Shown here piece after piece: positions 8,615 through 17,525 of a stretch of DNA of 30,692 nt; the first letter of the stretch is position 1; the number at the start of each line of letters is the position of its first letter. A program made the translations under genes and the position numbers. The notes beneath the pieces were generated by a model. The model was not told the DNA's origin. It saw nothing but the letters and a program-made list of their open reading frames with translations, and ran no database searches. The stretch is from a virus (lineage: Duplodnaviria > Caudoviricetes), in the IMG/VR virus record IMGVR_UViG_3300045107_000151, positions 1-30,692 of that record. One strand, written 5' to 3'.

Positions 8615-10642
8615 TCACTGCGCCCCCACGGCCCCGTCGATGGTGATCTGGTAGATGATCGCCCCGTCCTCGCTCGCCACGCCCTCGAAGCCCCAGCTGA
8701 GCAGGCGGGGGCCGTCGATGTAGACCTCCTTGTGCCCGTCCATCCGCCGCTGCATCCAGCCGGAGCGGGTGGTCAGGTCGCCGGTCATCGCCTGCCGGCC
8801 GGCGACGGTGCCCAGGCCGTTGAGCTCGTCCGGCTCGTAGGTGGAGTCCCAGGCGACCGGCTCTCCGCTGCGGTCCTGGTAGAGGTAGGCGTCCAGCGTC
8901 TGCTCGGACGCGGACGGCTCGAACAGGATCTCCAGCCGGCGCGGGTTCTCCTGCTCGTCCACGGCCCAGCGGAACCAGCCCGTCCGGTAGCGCCAGCGGA
9001 CGCCGCCCACCTGGTAGGTGTCGCCGGCCGCCGGCAGGGTGTTCCACGGGCGGTCCAGCCGCAGCGTAGTAGCCGTAGCCTCGACGACCCGCCGCCACTG
9101 GCCCCGCCCCTCGCCGTTGACCAGCACGACGGGCGCGCCCGCCACGTCGTCGCCGAAAGACGCGGCGTCGTCCGTCAGGCTGAGCGGGGTCCTGGCGGTG
9201 ACCGCGCCGCGCACCGTGCCGCGCGCCGGGTCCGCCACGTCGAGCGACCCCTTGCCCAGCAGGTAGACCGCCCCGCCGGGGCCGCCCAGAAAGACGCGGC
9301 GCTCGCCGTTCAGCGTGCCGACGCAGCTGGCTCCGACCGGGAAGGGGAACTCCTCCACCCACCACGCCTTCGAGCGGAGGTCCAGGCAGAGCGCGTGGCG
9401 CGGCGTGCCGGTGCCCTCCAGGGTGACGAACCAGCGGACCAGCTGCTGGGCCGGGTCGAAGACGGCGTGGAAGCGCTTGGCGGCCTCCCAGCGGACGCGG
9501 TAACGCTGCCGCACGTTGCCGGGCTCGAAGAGGTCCTGGATCGGCTGGGACACCGGCTCCGTCTGCCGCGAGCCCGTGAACATGTGGACGCCGGCCTCGT
9601 CGAGCATGTACGCCGCGTCCTCCACCACGGCCCAGCAGCGGCCGTTGACGCAGCCCCGGTTGCAGGCGAGGAAGACGTACCCGTCGTCCAGCGGGTCCTG
9701 CTGGAACGTCAGCCGGTAGACGTGCCGCCGCTCCAGGATGTAGAGGAACGACCCCATGGGCATCAGGCCCACGATGTCGTCGTTGTCCTCCTGCACGAAG
9801 AGGGCGTCGGCCGCCGCCCAACTTTCGGGCTTGCCCGCGCGCGAGAACTGGACCAGCCGCCGCTGCGCCACGGGCGGGCGGATGCCGTAGGCGGCGTAGG
9901 GGTCCGTCTGGGACTGGTACTCCTCCAGTAGAGTAAGTGTCTGATTGACACTATCAACGGAGTCGATCTCGTAGCTCTTGTCGGCCCCGGCCACCCAGAG
10001 GAACCGGCCGGCGAGCGAGGCGGGCCACTCCGTCCCGATGCCGGTTACGGTCTTGCTGCCGAAGGTGACGATCACCGAGCCGTCCGAATACACCTCCTCG
10101 CCGGCCAGGAACATCCGGTCCAGGTGCGCCGCCACTACGGACTTGTCGGAGGGCGGAACGCCGTTGGTGTTGGCCAGCGGCAGCCCCTTCTCGTCGAACA
10201 GAGCCACCGCTTCCTGCGATTGCAGCAGGGCGTCCGTTTTGGCGGACGTGAAGGAGGCGGACGTGAGGTCTTCCGTGTCGATGTCCACATAGAACACGCT
10301 CGTCTGGCCGGACGTGTTGCGCAGGATCTGCCGCCGCTTCACCTTGGCCGAGGCCGGCGCCGGTACGTCCGAGTAGGCGACGTTGAGGATGTCCTCGAAT
10401 ATCACCGGCCCGGCCAGGGGCGAGAGGTCGGAGACGTTGCCGTAGGCGTCCACGAAGCGGGAGTAGGCGTAGTACGTCCCGGAGATGGTGCCGAGGCTGT
10501 TGCCGGTGACGGTCAGCGCCGTGGCCGGCGGCGCCAGGCCCGCCTCCTCCATCTGCCGCGTCAGCCCGTCCCAGCGGAGGACCGGGTCGATCCCGTTCGC
10601 CGCCAGGAGGAAGCCGTCCGAGGTCGCCGCGAAGTATTCCAT
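8615..10642 (-). CDS. Tail nozzle / tail tubular protein B-like (P22 gp10 / T7 gp12-type beta-propeller), 675 aa
   Basis: Motifs NGIDPVLRWDG, AAHLDRMFLAG, VQFSRAGKPESW, DDIVGLMPMGSFLYILE and RGCV are typical of podovirus nozzle propellers; SD GGAGGTGA. Confidence 0.75.
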   Translation of the reverse strand: MEYFAATSDGFLLAANGIDPVLRWDGLTRQMEEAGLAPPATALTVTGNSLGTISGTYYAYSRFVDAYGNVSDLSPLAGPVIFEDILNVAYSDVPAPASAKVKRRQILRNTSGQTSVFYVDIDTEDLTSASFTSAKTDALLQSQEAVALFDEKGLPLANTNGVPPSDKSVVAAHLDRMFLAGEEVYSDGSVIVTFGSKTVTGIGTEWPASLAGRFLWVAGADKSYEIDSVDSVNQTLTLLEEYQSQTDPYAAYGIRPPVAQRRLVQFSRAGKPESWAAADALFVQEDNDDIVGLMPMGSFLYILERRHVYRLTFQQDPLDDGYVFLACNRGCVNGRCWAVVEDAAYMLDEAGVHMFTGSRQTEPVSQPIQDLFEPGNVRQRYRVRWEAAKRFHAVFDPAQQLVRWFVTLEGTGTPRHALCLDLRSKAWWVEEFPFPVGASCVGTLNGERRVFLGGPGGAVYLLGKGSLDVADPARGTVRGAVTARTPLSLTDDAASFGDDVAGAPVVLVNGEGRGQWRRVVEATATTLRLDRPWNTLPAAGDTYQVGGVRWRYRTGWFRWAVDEQENPRRLEILFEPSASEQTLDAYLYQDRSGEPVAWDSTYEPDELNGLGTVAGRQAMTGDLTTRSGWMQRRMDGHKEVYIDGPRLLSWGFEGVASEDGAIIYQITIDGAVGAQ

Positions 10643-10645
10643 GGC

Positions 10646-10858
10646 TCACCTCCGGTAGCGGTCCGTGGCCAGCGGGCCGCCGGACGAGGCGTGGCGGTCC
10701 GACAGGATGACGGTGTGCTCCGTGTCCTCGTGGGCGACGATGGCGGCGAGGTTGAGCGGGCGCGAGCGCCGCGAGCGGCCGGCGGCCGGCGGCTCGGACT
10801 TCCAGCCCAGGCCCACCGCCCGGAAGCACAGCGACGGGATCAGGTAGAACCGGCGCAT
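10646..10858 (-). CDS. Hypothetical protein (70 aa)
   Basis: TGATG overlap with the upstream gene; its stop sits in the SD of the nozzle gene. Confidence 0.45.
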   Translation of the reverse strand: MRRFYLIPSLCFRAVGLGWKSEPPAAGRSRRSRPLNLAAIVAHEDTEHTVILSDRHASSGGPLATDRYRR

Positions 10859-11358
10859 CAGGTGCCTCCTGCCGCGCGGACGGTGTAGGTGTCGGTGAGC
10901 GACTGGCCGGCCTGGACCGTCCGCGCGGTGGCGAACGCGGCCGTGGACCAGAGGGTGCTCGCGGCCTCGCCTTTGACGCCGCTGCTAGCGACGAAGATCC
11001 CGCGCGCCGTCCGCGTCACGCTGAACGTCCACTGCACCGGCGAGGTGTTCGCGATGACCGCGCCCGCGACGGACAGCGTGGACCACTGCGGGCGGGTCGC
11101 GCCGACGTAGTCGGAGAACTCCTGCCAGCCGGCGTGGCTGGACATGGTGTCGTCGGCCGACAGCGCGCTGAAGTTGACGTTGTCGATCAGCCCCATGTAC
11201 CAGGCCGTCTTCTGCGGGCCGGCCGCGAAGAAGTCCTGGAGCAACGCCGCCAGTCCGGCGGCGGTGATGCCGTTTCGGACCGTCTCCACCCAGACTACCT
11301 TCCCGTCCGGGTTGCGGCAGACCAGCCTGTGCTCGCCGAAGATTCGCAGCTTCACCAT
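10858..11358 (-). CDS. Tail fibre/appendage N-terminal-like structural protein (166 aa)
   Basis: Pattern W.E...NGIT..G...LL...F.....WYMGLI...DTM.SHAGWQEF..Y...RPQW is common in phage tail appendage proteins. Confidence 0.65.
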   Translation of the reverse strand: MVKLRIFGEHRLVCRNPDGKVVWVETVRNGITAAGLAALLQDFFAAGPQKTAWYMGLIDNVNFSALSADDTMSSHAGWQEFSDYVGATRPQWSTLSVAGAVIANTSPVQWTFSVTRTARGIFVASSGVKGEAASTLWSTAAFATARTVQAGQSLTDTYTVRAAGGT

Positions 11359-11359
11359 C

Positions 11360-11785
11360 TCAAGCCCTCGGGTTCTTCCCCTTGTAGATCCGCCCCGAGC
11401 TCCTGCCCTGCACGAGGTAACTCGCGCCGGGGCGGACGTAGCTGTAGAGCGCGTTCACCTGGCCCGAGCCGTCGCCGCCCGGGATCACCTCGAAGGTGTA
11501 GGCGCAGCAGTAGGGGGCGCCGGCGTAGAGCCAGCGGACCGTGATCGTGTGCCGCCCCTCGGTGAACGCCTCCGACAGGAAGACGCGCCCCTCGAACAGG
11601 CCGGTCGCCGCCGGCCGGTCGCGGGACGGGATCGCGTTCCCGGAAATCACGCGGCCGCCCGGCGCGTACACCGTCATCACCGGCGCCGCCGTGGGGGCGA
11701 GCGGCTGACCGGAGGGGTCGCGCGTCAGGAGGCGGAACGTCACCTCCTGGCCAAGTTGGTAGCGACCAAGGAACACTACTGCCAC
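11360..11785 (-). CDS. Putative beta-sandwich structural protein (141 aa)
   Basis: Beta-strand-rich ORF in the tail cluster; GTG start with a weak SD and an in-frame TGA just upstream. Confidence 0.55.
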   Translation of the reverse strand: MAVVFLGRYQLGQEVTFRLLTRDPSGQPLAPTAAPVMTVYAPGGRVISGNAIPSRDRPAATGLFEGRVFLSEAFTEGRHTITVRWLYAGAPYCCAYTFEVIPGGDGSGQVNALYSYVRPGASYLVQGRSSGRIYKGKNPRA

Positions 11786-11851
11786 CTTTCAAGTTCGGCG
11801 CGAAGACGGGCGTTTTCGGCATGCCGATGTTGTCCGACTGACGGGGCATCT

Positions 11852-12364
11852 CTAAACCACCCCGAAGCTGTGCAAATCCGCCCACGGCGTGCTAGAAATC
11901 GCGCCCTGGACGAGAACCTCAAAGATATCGCCTGCGGCATAACCATTGGCGCCCGTACAGGATAAGTCTATCTTGTACAGGCCGCTGACATTCCAGACGC
12001 CACCACTAGTATACGCGGCGTTGCCGCTCGACCCGTCGAGGCTGAACGTGTTGCCGGTGAGCACCGTCACGGTCCAGGTGCCGTTGGCCGCCGCGTTGCC
12101 GCCGACGCCGGTGATCGTCACCCGGTCGCCGGTGGCCAGGTTGTGGCTCGGGCTGGTGATGACGATCGGGCTGGCGTTGGACGCGCCGGTGATGATGCCG
12201 GTGTCCGCGAAGCCGCCGGAGCCGGATTGGCCGGACACGAAGCCGTCCGGGCCGTAGACGCGGAAGGTCGGCGGCGCGTCAAGGTTGACGGGCGTCTTCG
12301 ACGAGTCGGTGACCAGGAACCGCAGCGTGAAACTGTCGGCCAGTTCGACGAAACCCTGGAACAT
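11852..12364 (-). CDS. Structural protein with ubiquitin-E1 FCCH-like beta-barrel domain (170 aa)
   Basis: ITGASNASPIVITSPSHNLATGDRVTITGVGG...NGTWTVTVL..NTFSL is the FCCH-like motif frequent in phage tail proteins. Confidence 0.7.
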   Translation of the reverse strand: MFQGFVELADSFTLRFLVTDSSKTPVNLDAPPTFRVYGPDGFVSGQSGSGGFADTGIITGASNASPIVITSPSHNLATGDRVTITGVGGNAAANGTWTVTVLTGNTFSLDGSSGNAAYTSGGVWNVSGLYKIDLSCTGANGYAAGDIFEVLVQGAISSTPWADLHSFGVV

Positions 12365-12365
12365 C

Positions 12366-12587
12366 TCAAGTCCCCTTCTTCTTGCGCTCGCGCGGCCGGC
12401 GGCGAACGAACACGTTCTCCGCCGGCGGCCGGAGCGTGACGGCCCGGGCGCCGTTCTCGACGGCGTCGGTCGGGGCTTTCGCCTCCCGGATAAACTTCTC
12501 CGGGTTCGCCTTCTGGAACCCGCCGAAGATCCGGTCGGCGGCGCCGGAGATACAGTCGCCGCCGGGCTTTTCGTCTCCGCAGCTCAT
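12366..12587 (-). CDS. Hypothetical protein (73 aa)
   Basis: SD GGAGGAG; fills the gap exactly between neighbouring genes. Confidence 0.5.
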   Translation of the reverse strand: MSCGDEKPGGDCISGAADRIFGGFQKANPEKFIREAKAPTDAVENGARAVTLRPPAENVFVRRRPRERKKKGT

Positions 12588-12588
12588 C

Positions 12589-12768
12589 TCACTCCTCCTC
12601 GAAGGTCACTTTTGAAGCGCCCGGCCGGCTGCGAAGTTGGCCGTCGTAGTTCGACGTGACGTTCTCCTGGGCGATCGCCGCGCCGGGCGGCGTGTCCAGG
12701 GAGTCCGGCCGCGTCGCCAGGCCGGGGAAGCTGCGGATCTCAACCGCCTGCTTTGCGGGCATACCCAT
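12589..12768 (-). CDS. 59-aa protein resembling the N-terminal segment of tail nozzle proteins
   Basis: ATG 12768 with SD GGAGGAG; SFPGL...D...PPGAA...ENV....GQLRSRPG matches the usual nozzle N-terminus pattern. Confidence 0.6.
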   Translation of the reverse strand: MGMPAKQAVEIRSFPGLATRPDSLDTPPGAAIAQENVTSNYDGQLRSRPGASKVTFEEE

Positions 12769-12769
12769 G

Positions 12770-13015
12770 TCAACTCCTCCTCTGGCAGTTGCCAATCGTT
12801 CCGGGGACAACCACGCCGAATCTAACCTCGCTGTAGTCCACGCCGTCCACGTCAGCCGCGTAGGCGCGGCGGCCGACCTCCCCCAGCGGGCCGGCGGCGA
12901 AGGTCCTGGCCTCGTCGAGCGTCATGAGCACCATCAGCGAGCCGGGCTCACAGTAGACGTGCTCCGTCTTGGCTATGTCCACACCACCACCCCTGTGAAG
13001 CCGGAACGACATCAC
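12770..13015 (-). CDS. Hypothetical protein (81 aa)
   Basis: SD GAGGTGA; fills the gap; start is GTG 13015 or ATG 13012. Confidence 0.5.
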   Translation of the reverse strand: MMSFRLHRGGGVDIAKTEHVYCEPGSLMVLMTLDEARTFAAGPLGEVGRRAYAADVDGVDYSEVRFGVVVPGTIGNCQRRS

Positions 13016-13020
13016 TCACC

Positions 13021-14181
13021 TCACGAAACGTCCTGGCCCAACGGGAAGTCGCGCAGTCGCAGGGGCCAGATGCGGTTGTCGCCGACGCGCTCCTCCTTGA
13101 AGTTTCGCGCGTCCGCCTCGCGGGCCTGGATGAGCGCGCGCTGGTAGACCTGCTCCAACTGTTCCCGGTCGCGCTTGTTGCGGGCGTGGCCCGTTTCCAA
13201 CTCCGCCTTGCGCAGCAGCGCGGTCAGCATGCTGCCGACCTCCACGTCTACCGGGTCGGAGATCAGGTACTTGACCGCCGAGTAACTGTTGGTCCAGGGG
13301 TAGTCCACGGTAAGCGCCGTGTCGCTATCGACCGAGATCACCACCCGCTCCTCCTGCGCCGGGCTGCCGCCCCAGCGGGCGGTCGGGACGGCAGTCCTCG
13401 TCCCCAGGCGGATCACCGACCCGGCCATGAGCGAGGTGAAGGCGGTCCCCGAGCCGGCGATGGTGGTCTGGCTGGCGGTTGCGGTCACCGTGCCGGCCGA
13501 ATAGGCGTCCAGCCGCAACTGCCTGGGGCGGCGCTTGTAGAGGTAGTCCATCGAGTAGAGGTTGTCGGGCGGCGGGTAGAACCCGATCGCCAGCGTGTTC
13601 TGGAAGTTGGGGTCGCCCAGGATCGCGTAACTGAACGGCGTCGCCGTGCCGCGCCAGATCCGCTGCCGCGACAGCCAAGTGGAGGGGTGCTCCGGGTGGA
13701 GGATGCGCGACTGGGTGGCGATCTGAAGCTCGCCCATCGCCTGGAAGTTTGACGGCAGCGGGTAGGTGTCCCGGAAGATCGTGAAGGCGGTGTCGGTGCT
13801 GATGTCCGCCCCGGGGTTGCTATTGGTCGAGAGTTGGAGCCGCGTCGAGTCGATCCGCGCGTACACCTCGTAGTTGACGTTGCCGATGTCTAGCGTGCCG
13901 CTCGCCGCCCAGTCCGGCCAGAGGCCGCCGGTCAGGGTGACGAGTCGCTCGTAGGCACCGCCGGTGTGGTCGTACTGGATAGTGCCCGTGGCGTAGGGCG
14001 CCACGGTGGTGAGGCGCCCCTTGGCGTAGTAGTACGTCCAGTTGTGCGCGTTCCCCAGCTCGCGCAGCGCGTGGATCGACGCGCGGCGGGCGTCCCGCCT
14101 CGCCTCCTGGCCGGGGTTACCCCCCATCCAGTCAACCAGGTGGGTGATCACGTCGTCCCAGGTCGTCAGTTCGACTCTCAT
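13021..14181 (-). CDS. Head-tail adaptor / tail tubular protein A-like with inserted beta domains (386 aa)
   Basis: N-terminal helices ending ...ELGNAHNWTY, YPLPSNF and IGFYPPPD...MDYLYKRRP motifs, C-terminal helices; these follow the adaptor layout. Confidence 0.65.
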   Translation of the reverse strand: MRVELTTWDDVITHLVDWMGGNPGQEARRDARRASIHALRELGNAHNWTYYYAKGRLTTVAPYATGTIQYDHTGGAYERLVTLTGGLWPDWAASGTLDIGNVNYEVYARIDSTRLQLSTNSNPGADISTDTAFTIFRDTYPLPSNFQAMGELQIATQSRILHPEHPSTWLSRQRIWRGTATPFSYAILGDPNFQNTLAIGFYPPPDNLYSMDYLYKRRPRQLRLDAYSAGTVTATASQTTIAGSGTAFTSLMAGSVIRLGTRTAVPTARWGGSPAQEERVVISVDSDTALTVDYPWTNSYSAVKYLISDPVDVEVGSMLTALLRKAELETGHARNKRDREQLEQVYQRALIQAREADARNFKEERVGDNRIWPLRLRDFPLGQDVS

Positions 14182-14204
14182 GGCTCACCTGCACCTGTAG
14201 CTCC

Positions 14205-15053
14205 CTAGCGGCACTCGTCGCGGAAGATGGGCGCCGGCGGCGAGTAGCCGCTCTCCTCAACCAACGCCGGCCGGCTGTCCCCATCGTCCGCATAGGCGGA
14301 AACCCGCGCATCCTCGTCCGCGTACCGTGGCCTGATCGGGCACTCCCCGGGAGGCCCGCTTTCGCCGGTGTGGAAGTTCCGCCCCCGCCTCACCCCGCCC
14401 GGCGACGAAAGAGCGGCCGTGGCGGACAAACGCCTTGGAACTACCGCCTGGATCACCGGATCCGGCATCGGCAGGCGCCTGGTGGCCCGCCCTTCCAGAA
14501 CCGCCTCCAGCGCCCAGACCTTGACCGTCCGGTGACCGAACGGGCGGGCGGAGACGATCGCCGGCGGGTCCGGTCCTGACGGTCCTGTCCGCCACACCCC
14601 GCCGCGCGTCAGGTTGTCTGGCAGGGGCGAGCGGGAGAGCCGCCCTCTGCGGACCGCAGCATCAGACACCTCCGGCGCCATCGGGAGCTCGTGGCGCCAA
14701 GCCCGGCCCGCGTACTGGTCCGGCACGTCGCGGTTGTAGAGCCGCCGCCCGCGCAGCCACTGGACCACCGGGACGTAGTCCGGGGTCGGGTAGGAGCGGA
14801 CGACGCGCCCCCCGGAGATCGCCGCGTGGCCGTAGGACGGCTCCCTGGAGAGGCGCCGCTTCGCCAGCACGGCCGGCGGCGACGGCTGGTCGTCGCCCAG
14901 GGAGCGCGAGCGCGTGACGCGGCCGGAGGCCAGGAAAGGCGTCGGGTCGCCGGAGGCGCCGCGCTGGCAGCGCCCCATAACGATCGACGTGTCCTGGGCC
15001 ACGGACTGCGGCACCGGCCGCCGCTGCTGCTTCCTGGACTTGCGGTAGAACAC
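14205..15053 (-). CDS. Arg/Pro-rich repetitive hypothetical protein (282 aa)
   Basis: Only ORF spanning the whole gap; degenerate GRxxRxxxPD repeats; acidic C-terminus. Confidence 0.55.
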   Translation of the reverse strand: MFYRKSRKQQRRPVPQSVAQDTSIVMGRCQRGASGDPTPFLASGRVTRSRSLGDDQPSPPAVLAKRRLSREPSYGHAAISGGRVVRSYPTPDYVPVVQWLRGRRLYNRDVPDQYAGRAWRHELPMAPEVSDAAVRRGRLSRSPLPDNLTRGGVWRTGPSGPDPPAIVSARPFGHRTVKVWALEAVLEGRATRRLPMPDPVIQAVVPRRLSATAALSSPGGVRRGRNFHTGESGPPGECPIRPRYADEDARVSAYADDGDSRPALVEESGYSPPAPIFRDECR

Positions 15054-15073
15054 GGCCGCACCCCGCTATCCGC

Positions 15074-15520
15074 TCACTCGGAGCCGGCGACGCGCACCGT
15101 GGCCGACACGGACGCGCCGGCGGTCACGATGATGCCGAGCCGGCCGCCGCCGCCGATGGCGATCTCCTTGCCCAGCGGCGCCTGCCAGGTGTAGCCGGTC
15201 TGCGGGTGGACGTACTCCTCGAAGAGGATGTCGCCCAGCGTCGGCTCCGCCGAGGCGGTGTGCTGCGCCGTCGTCTGCATCGTCTCGTCCCAGTCGGCGG
15301 GGTCCTTGACGCCGGTCAGCGCCGACATCGTGCCGGCGGTCGTCTGCCGCGCGACCTGCACCAGGATCGGCGACGCCGTGTTCGACGTGCCCTGGAAGCT
15401 GATCGACCACTCATCGATCAGAACCTTGTGGTTGGACGCCGCCACGATCTGGATCAGCGTCTTGAGGGAAGTCCCGGTCGAGATGCCGGACTTCGTGAAC
15501 TTGAAACGGTTGCCTGCCAT
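15074..15520 (-). CDS. Putative jelly-roll virion structural protein (148 aa)
   Basis: SD GAGGAG; Thr/Ser/Ala-rich beta-strand pattern; strongly GC3-biased codons. Confidence 0.65.
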   Translation of the reverse strand: MAGNRFKFTKSGISTGTSLKTLIQIVAASNHKVLIDEWSISFQGTSNTASPILVQVARQTTAGTMSALTGVKDPADWDETMQTTAQHTASAEPTLGDILFEEYVHPQTGYTWQAPLGKEIAIGGGGRLGIIVTAGASVSATVRVAGSE

Positions 15521-15576
15521 GGCAAACTCCTCTCTTCCATGAAGTACACGTTAACGCAAAGGTAACGCGCGCGAAA

Positions 15577-16413
15577 CTACCACACGTGCTCCGCCGCCGG
15601 CTCCAGGGGCGCCACCCTGGCCGCCCGCCGGTTGCGGATCAGGGCGTCGGTCGAGGCCGCCGCGACGCCGACGTTGAGCGGGCCGCCGTGGAGCATCCCG
15701 GCGTAAAGGTTGCTGGTCAGGTGCATGTACTGCTTCAGCTCGCCGGCCGTGAGGGCGCGGTTCCAAACCCCGGCGTCCAGCATGTAGCCCTGGTACCAGT
15801 CGAACGCGTCCGTGTTGAAACCCAGGTTCAGATTGAACGGCGGCGCCGTGATCGTCCCCGTGCGGGAGGCCGTGCCGTCCAGCGACCCGTTGATGTAGCA
15901 CCTGACGGTTGAGCCGTCCCAGGTGAACGCCAGGAAGCTCCACTTGCTTAGACTGACCGTGGCGGACGAGGTCGCCGTCGAAATTCCAGAGTTCGTGGTG
16001 AGGTACCCTTGCAGTTTCGCGTTGAAGGTGTGCAGGAGCACCGATCTGGCGCCGGCCGAGACGTAGTCCCCGACCAGGGAGTGGCCGCCGAATGACAGGT
16101 TGGTCGGGTAGACCCAGGCCGCCAGCGTGAGCGCCGTTCGCGGGTACCGGAAATTGTTCACCGTGAACTTGTCGTTGGTCCCCCCACGGAATGACGGGGT
16201 GAGGAGGTCGCCCGACACGCCGAGTACCTGACGGTCCCGAACCGTCGTCGATAAGCCGCCGGTCCAGGTGCGCACGGCGTTGTAGTGCTGGATCAGGTCG
16301 ATCCAGCCGCCCGGGTGCAGCGTGTCCGGCAGGCCGAGCCACCAGGCCACGCGCCCGAGGTTGAGCGGGTGGCCAAGGTCGGCGAACAGCACCGAGCCTG
16401 GGAGGTTGAACAT
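15577..16413 (-). CDS. LamG / concanavalin A-like lectin domain protein (278 aa), putative virion carbohydrate-binding appendage
   Basis: LTLAAWVYP, W.FLAFTWDGSTVRCYING, G.MLDAGVWNRALT..E are canonical LamG_3 motifs. Confidence 0.85.
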   Translation of the reverse strand: MFNLPGSVLFADLGHPLNLGRVAWWLGLPDTLHPGGWIDLIQHYNAVRTWTGGLSTTVRDRQVLGVSGDLLTPSFRGGTNDKFTVNNFRYPRTALTLAAWVYPTNLSFGGHSLVGDYVSAGARSVLLHTFNAKLQGYLTTNSGISTATSSATVSLSKWSFLAFTWDGSTVRCYINGSLDGTASRTGTITAPPFNLNLGFNTDAFDWYQGYMLDAGVWNRALTAGELKQYMHLTSNLYAGMLHGGPLNVGVAAASTDALIRNRRAARVAPLEPAAEHVW

Positions 16414-16419
16414 CGGGCA

Positions 16420-16905
16420 TCACGTCCCCTGGATGTTGATCCCGGTGAAGGTCTTGGTGTGGTTGCCCTCCGTGGAGTCGAAGGCCAGCCCGGTGAGGTT
16501 CTCGACCACGATCCCCCACTTCCTGGGCAGCACGCCGCCGAACGCCCGCGCCACGGACATGGGGTGACTCTTCCACGTCAGCGCGCCGGAGGCCGGCGTC
16601 TGGATGCAGCCGATGATCCGCAGGTTCGTCGGGCTGCGCATCGTCAGGGCGGCGTCCGAGCCCGTTACGTTGTCGCCGTAGTTCGTGCCGTCCTCAGAGC
16701 CGTAGGCGTACACGTTGATAACCTGATTGTTGCCCGGCGTCCCCGTCGCCAGTTTGATCGCCAGGTACACATGCGCGTCCGTGTACTTGTTGCTGGTGTT
16801 ATCGATCGCCGTACATTCGCGCGCGGCGCCGTCCCCCAAGCTGGCGAGGGAAATCGTGATCCCGGCGGAGGTCGCGTACAGCGGCTGGAACGTGCTTGAC
16901 ATCAC
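16420..16905 (-). CDS. Putative jelly-roll structural protein (161 aa)
   Basis: Beta-rich; LP.KWGIVVEN.TG.AF motif seen in phage structural proteins encoded next to LamG genes. Confidence 0.6.
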   Translation of the reverse strand: MMSSTFQPLYATSAGITISLASLGDGAARECTAIDNTSNKYTDAHVYLAIKLATGTPGNNQVINVYAYGSEDGTNYGDNVTGSDAALTMRSPTNLRIIGCIQTPASGALTWKSHPMSVARAFGGVLPRKWGIVVENLTGLAFDSTEGNHTKTFTGINIQGT

Positions 16906-17525
16906 TCACTCCAGTGAGGTTTCCGCGCTTCGACGATCTGCTCGCGCAAATCTTCCGTGTCCACATAGGCCCGCTCCGCCGGCGGCACCGCCTCCAGCGC
17001 CTGGGCCATCTCCCGCCGGACGATGTCCTCCGCCACGGCGCCGCGCTTCTGGTTCGTGTCCCGCTCGCGGGGAGTCACGCTGACGGAGCCCTCGCATCCC
17101 CAGCCGCGCGTCTCGCAGACCCGCTGCACGTCGCCGCGACCGCCGACCCAGGCTTCCGGGTCGCCCGGGAAGCGGGCGAGCCCGGCCATGTACACCTTAC
17201 CCTTGGGGTCAACGCCGGCCTCACGCGCCTGCTTGTGGTAGAGGTCGCCGACCCACTCCTCGTTCGAGAACTGGCTGCCGTTGCAGTGCCCCTCCAGGAA
17301 CTCCCGGTCGGTGTTGCTCATGGGCGGCCGCTGGAGCGCCAGCATCTCGGCGAGCGCGTGCGGCGCCGCGTCCAGCCGCATGGCGTTGTAGAACGCCTGC
17401 CGGTGGGGATCGTCGCTCACCAGTGGCATGGCGCGGCCGACGCGCAGCATAGCATGGACCATCGCCTTGTAGTCCGGGTCGCCGGCCAGACGGAACCGCT
17501 CTAGCCTGTCCGCGTAACTCGTCAT
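16902..17525 (-). CDS. Conserved-looking phage hypothetical protein (207 aa)
   Basis: ATGA overlap with the upstream gene; globular composition (GKVY..GLARFPGDPEAWV). Confidence 0.7.
   Translation of the reverse strand: MTSYADRLERFRLAGDPDYKAMVHAMLRVGRAMPLVSDDPHRQAFYNAMRLDAAPHALAEMLALQRPPMSNTDREFLEGHCNGSQFSNEEWVGDLYHKQAREAGVDPKGKVYMAGLARFPGDPEAWVGGRGDVQRVCETRGWGCEGSVSVTPRERDTNQKRGAVAEDIVRREMAQALEAVPPAERAYVDTEDLREQIVEARKPHWSE

Noticed and set aside
11786-11851. Programmed frameshift joining an upstream short frame to ORF 11360..11785
   Set aside because: No canonical slippery heptamer seen; the GTG start explains the gene adequately.
15521-15576. Possible operator/promoter in an AT-richer gap (GCGTTA repeated on the minus strand)
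   Set aside because: The repeat is only 6 nt, there is no convincing -10/-35 pair, and I found no second occurrence.
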